Shown here piece after piece: positions 56,420 to 64,000 of a stretch of 64,000 bases of DNA. The first letter of the stretch is position 1, and every line of letters begins with the position of its first letter. The DNA is from Candidatus Komeilibacteria bacterium (lineage in GTDB: Bacteria; Patescibacteriota; Patescibacteriia; UBA1558): assembly GCA_048538275.1 (NCBI GenBank), contig JBLYPW010000001.1, positions 38,244 through 102,243 on the forward strand, in the 5' to 3' direction. Under the pieces are notes generated by a model. The model was not told the DNA's origin, ran no database searches, and saw nothing but the letters and a program-made list of their open reading frames with translations. The position numbers and the translations under genes are program-made.

Positions 56420-58249
56420 TTACCAGCTAAACTGTCTCTTGGTTTTTATATACCACTTGGTAATATTATTAAAACGATCTGCTGGGGAAATAATATTGGC
56501 CGTATCTATGCCTTTTATTTTATCGCTAACTGGATATAGATAGACAGGATTGTATAAAAATATAGCTGGGGCATTATCCGTTAATATAGTTTGAAACTCT
56601 ATGAGTTTCTCTGTGCGGATTTGCTCATTAGCGGTACTACGCGCCTGCTCTAGCAAATCATCAACGCCGCGATGTCCCCATATGCTTAAGTTTACTCCGG
56701 GGCTTATATTTTGGGAGGAATGCCAGAAAGGATAAGGATCAGATTTTATTAATTGACCGAATAATAAAGCTTCATAATCACGAGGTTCAATAACATCGCT
56801 TCTAATTTTATCTTTGGAAACTATTTTGATATTAGTTTTTACACCTATAGCTTCCCAACCATCCTTTATGATATTAGCCGCTTTCTCATATTCTGGGTTT
56901 TCAACAGTGGTAATGGTAAATGTTAGTTCAGTATCATTTTTTTGGCGATATTGGGTATTGGTTGTCTTTAGCCAGCCGGTTTTGTCTAGCAAGGCGCTGG
57001 CTTGATCAGGATCATAATTATATGTGGTCAATTTGTCGGTATAGCCGGTATAGCCTGGCAATATAGGTCCATTAATGATTTGCCCTTCGCTATTGAGTGA
57101 ATCAGAGAGAATTTTTTGTTTATTAATGGCATGGGCCAGTCCTTGACGTAGGGCTTTGTCTTTAAGTAAGTTATTTTTAGTAGTATTAAAAAAAATAGCT
57201 GTATATTGGGGTAGGCTCAGTTGGTGAAAAATTAAGTCTGTGTTTTTGTCTAGTTCTGAGCGGTATTCTTTTGGTAAAAGACTCAATCCTTCTACATTAT
57301 TGTTTTTGAGCGCTTGTGTTCCAGTATTATAATCGCCATAAAATTTGAAAGTGATTTGATTGAGATAAGGTAAGGAGTCAAAGTAGTTGTTATTGCGCAC
57401 CAATACTATGGTTCTAATATTGCCATTTTTATCTTTGGTTAAAGAACTAAATAGGAAGGGTCCGGTACCGATTGGTTTTTTGTTTAGTTCTACTAAAGTA
57501 ATATTGGCGCTGGGCACTGATAACCATAAGTGTTCTGGTAAAATGCCCACAGTCAAGCTGCTTAGAAAGTTCGCTGAGGGCTCTTGCAGTAAAAATTTTA
57601 TAGTATGGTCATCTATTTTTTCTACTTGTACATTGGCTAATGATAGACGTAGGGGGCTTTGCCATTGGGGATCTTGGATACTAGCTATGGTAAAGATTAT
57701 GTCATCAGCGGTTAGCGGTTGTCCGTCGTGCCAGAAAATATTTTTTTTGAGAGTGAAATTATATTCTTTTTGATCAGGGCTAACTTGTAGACTTTCCGCT
57801 AATTCAAGTTGTAAACTGCCTTGTTGGTCATATTTTAGCAAGCCATTAAATAGTAGTTTACTTAGATCACGATCTACATCATTGTATTGGGCGAGAATAG
57901 GATTGATAAAGTTTGGAGCGCCGATCAAACCTTCAATATAATCACCGCCGGCCCGTGGCACTATTTTGCTGTGTTGCCAATAAAATTGGCCTAGCAAACC
58001 AACTATTGCTATAACAATTACAATCACTGCTCCGCGGAAAAGATTTCTTTCCCAGGGGTTTAATATTTTGATGAGATGTTTTAGTTGTTGCCAAGTAGGC
58101 CAACGATTATTGTGTAAGTTAGATATGGATTTTCTATCTAAATCAGCAAAAACGACTTCTTCTGATTGATTTTTGTTCCATTGAGACACGGTGGCACGTG
58201 TTTTGTTGACCAATGTTTTGGCAAGATTGGCTAGTTTTTTGTTTGACAC
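56420..58249 (-). CDS. ABC transporter substrate-binding protein, family 5 (Opp/Dpp-like), membrane-anchored
   Basis: N-terminal TM anchor, then the SBP_bac_5 pattern (LLKYDQQGSLQLELAESL..., FWHDGQPLTADDIIFT). Confidence 0.7.
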   Translation of the reverse strand: MSNKKLANLAKTLVNKTRATVSQWNKNQSEEVVFADLDRKSISNLHNNRWPTWQQLKHLIKILNPWERNLFRGAVIVIVIAIVGLLGQFYWQHSKIVPRAGGDYIEGLIGAPNFINPILAQYNDVDRDLSKLLFNGLLKYDQQGSLQLELAESLQVSPDQKEYNFTLKKNIFWHDGQPLTADDIIFTIASIQDPQWQSPLRLSLANVQVEKIDDHTIKFLLQEPSANFLSSLTVGILPEHLWLSVPSANITLVELNKKPIGTGPFLFSSLTKDKNGNIRTIVLVRNNNYFDSLPYLNQITFKFYGDYNTGTQALKNNNVEGLSLLPKEYRSELDKNTDLIFHQLSLPQYTAIFFNTTKNNLLKDKALRQGLAHAINKQKILSDSLNSEGQIINGPILPGYTGYTDKLTTYNYDPDQASALLDKTGWLKTTNTQYRQKNDTELTFTITTVENPEYEKAANIIKDGWEAIGVKTNIKIVSKDKIRSDVIEPRDYEALLFGQLIKSDPYPFWHSSQNISPGVNLSIWGHRGVDDLLEQARSTANEQIRTEKLIEFQTILTDNAPAIFLYNPVYLYPVSDKIKGIDTANIISPADRFNNITKWYIKTKRQFSW

Positions 58250-58292
58250 AAAAAATAGATTATTGCTTATGAAGCATATATAAGCGAAGGCC

Positions 58293-58511
58293 TTAGTTGA
58301 TAAAAAGATCAGCTAAGGTAAGTCCTAAGAAAAGTATAGCTAAGATTATAGTAGTGTAGTAGATGGTCTTTTCCGCACCTCTTTTTGTCCGATAAACTGT
58401 GCTTTCACCACCAAAAGCAGAGCCTAGGCCCGCTCCTTTGTTTTGCATAATAATTGTTACTATTAGTAGTACAGCAACAATAGCTTGGATGATTTGAATG
58501 ATTTTTTCCAT
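58293..58511 (-). CDS. secG: preprotein translocase subunit SecG
   Basis: MEKIIQIIQAIVAVLLIVTIIMQNKGAGLGSAFGG...; two TM helices. Start taken at the internal ATG. Confidence 0.7.
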   Translation of the reverse strand: MEKIIQIIQAIVAVLLIVTIIMQNKGAGLGSAFGGESTVYRTKRGAEKTIYYTTIILAILFLGLTLADLFIN

Positions 58512-58597
58512 AGTTTTTTCAATAGAATGATAACAGATTAGCATATAACAAGCAAGGTGTCAACCCGACTTACTTCGCTTTATTACAATGTCAGAGA

Positions 58598-60280
58598 TTA
58601 TTTGCAAGAGTCAATAATCAAGTGGGCTTTGGCAGAGCCTATCAATTTGATTAAATCTTCTTTTTTGGCTTGATTTATTTCTTGCCAGGAAGAATAATTT
58701 TGTTTAAGGCGTTTTTTAGTGATAGGGCCAATTCCTTTTATATTATCTAAGCGAGAGGCGAGAGATGTGCTCCTGTGAGTTTGGCGATAATAGTTGATAG
58801 CAAAACGGTGTGCTTCATCACGCATGCGCTGCATAAGAAAAAAGGCCGGTGTATTGAAAGGCAGTTTAATAATTGTTTTGCTATTTATATAAATTTTTTC
58901 TTCTCGCTTAGCTAAAGCAACTATTTTGTATTTTTTGCTGATCGGTAATTTTTGTATTGCGCTCCACTGTGTCGGCCCGCCATCTAATACTATGAGATCT
59001 GGTTGGGGCCAGTCTTGATGTTGCCAGCGTCGCGCCAGCATTTCTTGCATCATGCGTGGATCATCGCTACTGCTTATAGTTTTGATGCGAAAACGTTTGT
59101 AATGGTGTGGCGCCGCCTTACCATCTATAAAGACTATCATACTGCCAACCGCAAAGCGGCCTTGGATATTGGAAATGTCATATGTTTCTATACGTTGAGG
59201 AGTATTGTTTAATTGTAAGGCTTTTTGTAGTTGGTCTAGGGCTGGTACGCGATTATCTGTTTGTTTAGCCCAGGGAGCTTTATTTTTGCGCGCCAGATCA
59301 GCCGCATTATTTATGCCCAGCTGAATCAGTCGTTGTCTGGCGCCGCGTTGTGGAACCAGAATGGGAGCAATAAATTCTCCTTTTAAAGGATATTGGCAAA
59401 TGATTATAGCTGGGCGGTCACTGCTTTTTTCATAATAACTCTGGATGAATTGAGTGAGCATGTCGTCGCTGCTTAGTGCGGGCCGCCTATTGAAATTGAA
59501 TAGTTGTTGCTCCCATAGTTTGCCTTGGCGCAATTTAAAAAGATTGACATATATTTTATCTTCTTGTTCATAAAGAGAAAAAATATCTTCTGCTCGGGTT
59601 TGGCGAGTTATTATATTTTGTTTTATATGTAAATGTTCTATGGCTTGCAATTGATCACGATAATGAGCGGCTAATTCATAATTATGAGCAGCCGCGCTTT
59701 TTTTCATACGGATGCTTAATTCTTTTGTTACAGCACTGGTTTTGCCTTGCAGAAAGTTTTTTATATTTTGACCGATTGTTTTGTATTGGGCGGGGGAGAA
59801 ATCAATCAGCTTATAATCACCTATTTTTTTCAGCCAGATTTTTTCAACTAGCCGTACGATATGACGAGCCGCACCGGCGGAAGTATAGGGACCAAAATAA
59901 TGGCGGTTTTTATCTGGTTGGAACTGACGAGTGACTGCAATCATTGGTTCATCAGTTTTTAGATCGAGTAAAATATAAACAAAGCGTTTATCATCTTTCA
60001 GATCAATATTATAAGGTGGCTGGTGTTTACGAATTTGCGTGCGTTCTAGTAGAAGAGCCTCGGTTTCATTAGTGACAATAGTATAAGTTATACGTTTAAC
60101 TTGTTTTATCATTTGCTGCTTAGCTGGTGTAAGCTCGCTGCTATTTTGGAAATAAGAACGCACCCGTTGGCGTAAATTTTTTGCCTTACCTATATATAAT
60201 AATTTATTTTGATCAGAAAAAAACCTGTAAACGCCAGGTTTGGCAGGTAGTTGTTGTAAAATTTTCTTTATTTTATCCAT
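58598..60280 (-). CDS. uvrC: excinuclease ABC subunit C
   Basis: N-terminal GIY-YIG (PGVYRF...LLYIGKAKNLRQR), a UvrBC-interaction region and a C-terminal RNaseH-like/HhH endonuclease domain. Confidence 0.9.
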   Translation of the reverse strand: MDKIKKILQQLPAKPGVYRFFSDQNKLLYIGKAKNLRQRVRSYFQNSSELTPAKQQMIKQVKRITYTIVTNETEALLLERTQIRKHQPPYNIDLKDDKRFVYILLDLKTDEPMIAVTRQFQPDKNRHYFGPYTSAGAARHIVRLVEKIWLKKIGDYKLIDFSPAQYKTIGQNIKNFLQGKTSAVTKELSIRMKKSAAAHNYELAAHYRDQLQAIEHLHIKQNIITRQTRAEDIFSLYEQEDKIYVNLFKLRQGKLWEQQLFNFNRRPALSSDDMLTQFIQSYYEKSSDRPAIIICQYPLKGEFIAPILVPQRGARQRLIQLGINNAADLARKNKAPWAKQTDNRVPALDQLQKALQLNNTPQRIETYDISNIQGRFAVGSMIVFIDGKAAPHHYKRFRIKTISSSDDPRMMQEMLARRWQHQDWPQPDLIVLDGGPTQWSAIQKLPISKKYKIVALAKREEKIYINSKTIIKLPFNTPAFFLMQRMRDEAHRFAINYYRQTHRSTSLASRLDNIKGIGPITKKRLKQNYSSWQEINQAKKEDLIKLIGSAKAHLIIDSCK

Positions 60281-60416
60281 AATAATTATAAGTATATGGC
60301 AAGCTTAGTTCTTAGGCAATATTGTGCGCATTTGACATAAACTATAAAATATGGTTAGATGATGAGAAGTCCAGATCATTAATAATATAATAAACAGATA
60401 AGAAGCGAGGTGGTTT

Positions 60417-61136
60417 ATGCGTCAAGATAAGTCAAGCAGATTTTTTTCCTGGGTTAAACCCCAGTTAATAGTGAAGGGAGAACATCATTTTGCTGGAGCG
60501 CCATTTGCTTTTTCAGTTCATCATCAATTGCATCAGACGCGATTGAATGTGGATTTTTGTCAAAACAACAAAGGTGGACGCAAGATCAGGCTCAATATTG
60601 AGCAGCAGCGGTGGTTGAAAATGACATTTGCTAACAAAACTTTATCTTATGGATTGCAGCTGGAAGAAAGAGCGATTATTGAAAATAAAACCCGTTTGAT
60701 CGCCGCCGCTAATGGCGAAAGTCTACGCCCGGTGATTATTCCCCAACGCAATAATCCAGCAGAAATTTATCGGGTATTGTTTCATTTTCCGGCTAATCAT
60801 CCGGCCGCTGTAGTTGAGGTAAATGATACATCGTTTTGTTTGCGGCGCGTGTGGATTGATCAGGATGGAAATTTATTTAGTCAGTCCTTGGTACCGTGGC
60901 ATAGGCTGAAGCAGGAAAATGTTGTTGATAGGATTGCTATCGGCAATTATTTACGTCAGCATGTCTTTGATGAGTTAGTGGAACAAACTGATTTCCTGAC
61001 CATGATTACGGCAGGTTTATTAGCTTGGCAACACGGACCAACCCGTATGAGGCCGTATTATGCGGCACCAGAACATTTGTTGGTATATCCAACGGTTGAA
61101 AACATGTTGACTGTGCATAGCATGGTTGGCATTTAA
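60417..61136 (+). CDS. hypothetical protein (239 aa)
   Basis: ORF only. Confidence 0.35.
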   Translation: MRQDKSSRFFSWVKPQLIVKGEHHFAGAPFAFSVHHQLHQTRLNVDFCQNNKGGRKIRLNIEQQRWLKMTFANKTLSYGLQLEERAIIENKTRLIAAANGESLRPVIIPQRNNPAEIYRVLFHFPANHPAAVVEVNDTSFCLRRVWIDQDGNLFSQSLVPWHRLKQENVVDRIAIGNYLRQHVFDELVEQTDFLTMITAGLLAWQHGPTRMRPYYAAPEHLLVYPTVENMLTVHSMVGI

Positions 61137-61374
61137 CCTTTTAGGAGGAAATATGGAATTGATTATTGTTGTGACAGGATTGTTTCTGTTTTTAATCGGC
61201 GTCCTATGGCTAGATGCTTTTCGGCGCAAACAAGCATCACGTTCAGGCGCCAGTCGTAGTAAAGTGAAAAATTTTATTTATCGGCTAGCCTGTTTGATTG
61301 GGCCTCGACCGGTTGTCGGCAATGACGGTATGTCTCGTAGACAACGTCGGAAACTAAAGAAAAGATATCCTTAA
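61126..61374 (+). CDS. hypothetical small membrane protein
   Basis: Single TM, basic C-terminus, SD aggagg upstream. Confidence 0.3.
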   Translation: MAFNLLGGNMELIIVVTGLFLFLIGVLWLDAFRRKQASRSGASRSKVKNFIYRLACLIGPRPVVGNDGMSRRQRRKLKKRYP

Positions 61375-61431
61375 AGTTTTATTGATACATTTTACGGGAT
61401 AAATTATACAAATAATTGAAGGAGGGTATAA

Positions 61432-61707
61432 ATGGAACGAGAAGTTGCGGTTTTGACCGACGATCAAATTCTTGGAACCATTAAAGGTATTCTGGAGAAA
61501 CAGTTTAACATTGACCCAGACAAGGTGACATTGCAGGTTAATTTGATCAAGGACTTACCTTTGGATTCATTGGATGTGGTAGAGTTTGCCGCAGAGGTTG
61601 AGGAGGTCTTTGCGATAGAACTGCATCCCGATGATCAAGATCAGTTGGAGCTTGAGAATCCAACTATTCGGGAAACAGTAAATTTGGTGAAAAAATACAC
61701 CAATTAA
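61432..61707 (+). CDS. acpP: acyl carrier protein-like
   Basis: Phosphopantetheine attachment motif DLPLDSLDVVEF, about 90 aa, acidic. Confidence 0.65.
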   Translation: MEREVAVLTDDQILGTIKGILEKQFNIDPDKVTLQVNLIKDLPLDSLDVVEFAAEVEEVFAIELHPDDQDQLELENPTIRETVNLVKKYTN

Positions 61708-61722
61708 AAAAATACACCAATT

Positions 61723-61752
61723 GAGGGGTTGCAAAGCAACCTCTCTTTTTTT
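61723..61752 (+). terminator. rho-independent terminator after acpP
   Basis: Stem gaggggttgc/gcaacctctc (one mismatch) with loop aaa, then a T7 run. Confidence 0.65.
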
Positions 61753-61827
61753 AGTTCTTAACCTTGAAGGTTGAGATGTTGAAATTGTATTAAATAGCTA
61801 ATATTAGGTAATTTATGGTTTTTAACC

Positions 61828-61856
61828 TTGACAAATTAGTGAATATGATGTATAGT
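61828..61856 (+). promoter_or_regulatory. near-consensus sigma70 promoter
   Basis: -35 TTGACA (61828-61833), a 17-nt spacer, -10 TATAGT (61851-61856). It drives a ~240-nt leader before the 62100 gene. Confidence 0.55.
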
Positions 61857-62099
61857 ACTTTATTACCTTGAAAATTTAGCTGTCTGCCCAGGAGAGAGTT
61901 AATTGTCTTTTAGACTGGTTTGCACCTGTCCCTGACGGCGATAATTCTGATAAGAGTAATCCGGCTTACATTTTTTATGTTTGATTCTGGATCATTCCTA
62001 TCAATTTATCATTGAGCTGAAGTTGGCTATTATAGCTGACCACTCAGCTTTTAACTCTCTTGTTGGCAGACAACTAATTAATAAAAAAAGGAGTTCATC

Positions 62100-62735
62100 A
62101 TGAACTTATGGATTTGTCAGGTGGTATTGATAATTGATCGGGTCATTCCCGAGATTGTCAACCACAAGATGGTCAAGATTGTTAATAAGGGTAAAAGAAA
62201 TTTTACCCAGATTATCATGGATGTTGCCGAGAATGGTGACATCTCAAATCCATTGAGTGTTGAGCTTAATGGAAAGTTGAGGATTAAGCTTTTGTCCAAG
62301 ACTTGGACGGCTGGGCGGAATGGTTTTCATTATGCACAGAATGTCTGTGACTTGCATGGCCGCAAGTTACAGCCTTTGCATGCGAATGGCAATTTTGCCA
62401 TTTTCTCTTATGAGAAGGCGGCTATTGTCCAGGCCTGTTGTGAAACAGGCAGCTTCCGGATAGTCACTTTACGGCTGGATGGCAATTGCCTGAAAGCTGA
62501 TGAGGTGATGCCCTGGACAGAGCAGTTTGGATCCATGATTCCCGAGGGGAGTCGGGAGAATTGGTTGAGGAATTATGGACTCAAGGCAGCTGGCAAAAGC
62601 CAGTATACTGCGGCTGCCCTGGATGCTTACGCGCTGGCAAAAGCTGCGGCAACGGAGCAGATTCCACCTCGTCCGAGCTTTTTCCTCACCCGTGAGGAAG
62701 TCAAAGCACGTCGCGCAGAGAAATCCACGGCGTGA
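62100..62735 (+). CDS. hypothetical protein, compositionally GC-richer than its surroundings
   Basis: ORF with strong SD (aaaggag) and no recognised domain. GC is visibly higher (~50%) than in the neighbouring genes. Confidence 0.4.
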   Translation: MNLWICQVVLIIDRVIPEIVNHKMVKIVNKGKRNFTQIIMDVAENGDISNPLSVELNGKLRIKLLSKTWTAGRNGFHYAQNVCDLHGRKLQPLHANGNFAIFSYEKAAIVQACCETGSFRIVTLRLDGNCLKADEVMPWTEQFGSMIPEGSRENWLRNYGLKAAGKSQYTAAALDAYALAKAAATEQIPPRPSFFLTREEVKARRAEKSTA

Positions 62736-62943
62736 TTTTGACATCACAACCATTTATCCCGGCATGAAAAGGAGGGTTCATCATGACCTGACAATGCAAT
62801 TTATTCAAAATTGGGAAAAAAGGGCAACATTAATGTTGCCCTTTTTATTTTGATTTCACTATGGAAAGACTAAAAGGTTGATCTCTTGACACAGCATGAT
62901 TTTGGTAGTATGCTATACGCTGATTTATATATTTTAGGTTTTT

Positions 62944-64000
62944 ATGCCTAGCAAATCTACAAAAAATAAAACTATAAAGCCCAAAGCTTTGTCTGCCAAT
63001 CATATTGTGGTGCGTGGTGCTCGGGTGCACAACTTAAAAAATATTGACGTAGAAATTCCTCGCGATAAACTAGTTGTGATTACCGGTTTGTCAGGATCAG
63101 GAAAGTCTTCTTTGGCTTTTGATACTATTTATGCTGAAGGCCAACGTCGTTATGTAGAATCACTGTCTGCTTATGCTAGGCAGTTTTTAGGTTTGATGGA
63201 TAAACCCGATGTTGATCAGATAGAAGGTTTATCACCAGCCATTTCTATTGATCAGCGCACGGCTTCTCATAATCCTCGTTCTACTGTTGGTACGGTCACG
63301 GAAGTTTATGATTACCTCCGTCTATTATATGCACGTATTGGTAAGCCGCATTGCCCGTCTTGTGGCGATCCGGTGCAGCAACAGACTATTCCTCAGATTT
63401 TAGAACAAATTAATAAATTACCTTCAGGCACGGCTATTTTATTATTAGCGCCAATAATACGGGATCAAAAAGGTGAACACCGCAATGTAGTACAAGAAGT
63501 GGAGCGAGCCGGTTATGCCCGTATGCGTATTGATGGCATTATGCAAACTACGGCGGAAGCGGCCGAGTTAAATTTAGAAAAGAATAAAAAGCACAATATT
63601 GAAATGGTAGTTGATCGTATTAATGTGGAAGCAAAACAGCGTGATCGCTTGGCAGATTCAGTAGAGAAAGCTTTGGATTTGGGTGATGGATTATTAATAG
63701 TGCATGATTCTGACCAAGAAGAGGATGTGGTTTTTTCTCAGCATTTTGCATGCCCCAAATGTAATGTAAATTTACCACCGATTGAACCACGTAATTTTTC
63801 TTTCAATAGCCCGCATGGTGCATGTAGCGCTTGTACCGGTTTGGGAACAAAGCTGGAAGTGGATCCGGAATTGATTATACCCAATAAGCGTTTGACTTTG
63901 GCGCAAGGCGCTATCCGTCCTTGGTCACGCACCACGGCCAATCAGACTTGGTATTTTAAAATATTGGAAGCCGCTACTAAAGCACATAAGTTTTCTGTAA
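62944..64000 (+). CDS. uvrA: excinuclease ABC subunit A (N-terminal part, runs off the window)
   Basis: Walker [15 protein letters not shown], ...[14 protein letters not shown]..., and a zinc-finger Cys pair (CPKCN). It has no stop codon within the window. Confidence 0.9.
   Translation, partial: MPSKSTKNKTIKPKALSANHIVVRGARVHNLKNIDVEIPRDKLVVITGLSGSGKSSLAFDTIYAEGQRRYVESLSAYARQFLGLMDKPDVDQIEGLSPAISIDQRTASHNPRSTVGTVTEVYDYLRLLYARIGKPHCPSCGDPVQQQTIPQILEQINKLPSGTAILLLAPIIRDQKGEHRNVVQEVERAGYARMRIDGIMQTTAEAAELNLEKNKKHNIEMVVDRINVEAKQRDRLADSVEKALDLGDGLLIVHDSDQEEDVVFSQHFACPKCNVNLPPIEPRNFSFNSPHGACSACTGLGTKLEVDPELIIPNKRLTLAQGAIRPWSRTTANQTWYFKILEAATKAHKFSV

Overview
This is a low-GC, compact bacterial segment with TGA used as a stop codon. 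The gene content suggests a Patescibacteria/CPR-like organism, but that is inference. Most of the window is housekeeping genes: hup, ymdB-rny, clpP, nrnA, rbfA-infB, pilT, ruvB, queH-queA, ychF, uvrD, folD-glyA, an Elp3-like radical-SAM/GNAT protein, a PGM/PMM-family mutase, trpS, rnj, secG, uvrC, acpP, a partial uvrA at the right edge, and two tRNAs (Arg-TCG and Leu-CAG). Three accessory regions stand out.

1. A ~7 kb island (about 13977-21062) lies immediately after tRNA-Arg and is bounded by identical 14-bp palindromes. It carries an OLD-family ATPase/Toprim nuclease, a type II R-M pair (a PD-(D/E)xK REase plus an amino-MTase), an EgtD-like small-molecule methyltransferase and an SSF transporter. 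The last two are each framed by their own perfect inverted repeats and GC-rich palindromic elements.

2. An overlapping three-gene operon at 26415-30775 encodes a stand-alone reverse transcriptase (group-II/retron-like motifs, not DGR-type), a catalytically degenerate ABC half-transporter and a membrane-anchored PLD/HKD protein. It is preceded by an inverted-repeat-flanked CATGCC-repeat leader. I do not recognise this combination as a described RT system.

3. A diversity-generating retroelement (DGR) signature sits at 32483-34977. The 3' end of a 642-aa gene (the variable repeat, VR) is copied ~585 bp downstream in non-coding DNA (the template repeat, TR). The two copies have 18 mismatches, and every one is an A in the TR. 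The cassette is inserted at the 3' end of queA, with a diverged duplicate of the queA tail left downstream, and no RT or avd lies next to the TR.

There is also a tandem pair of ~136-bp MITE-like elements (36866-37142), a Hef/RIG-I-like helicase, a G9 homopolymer tract, and a strong promoter with a ~240-nt leader ahead of a GC-rich hypothetical gene.
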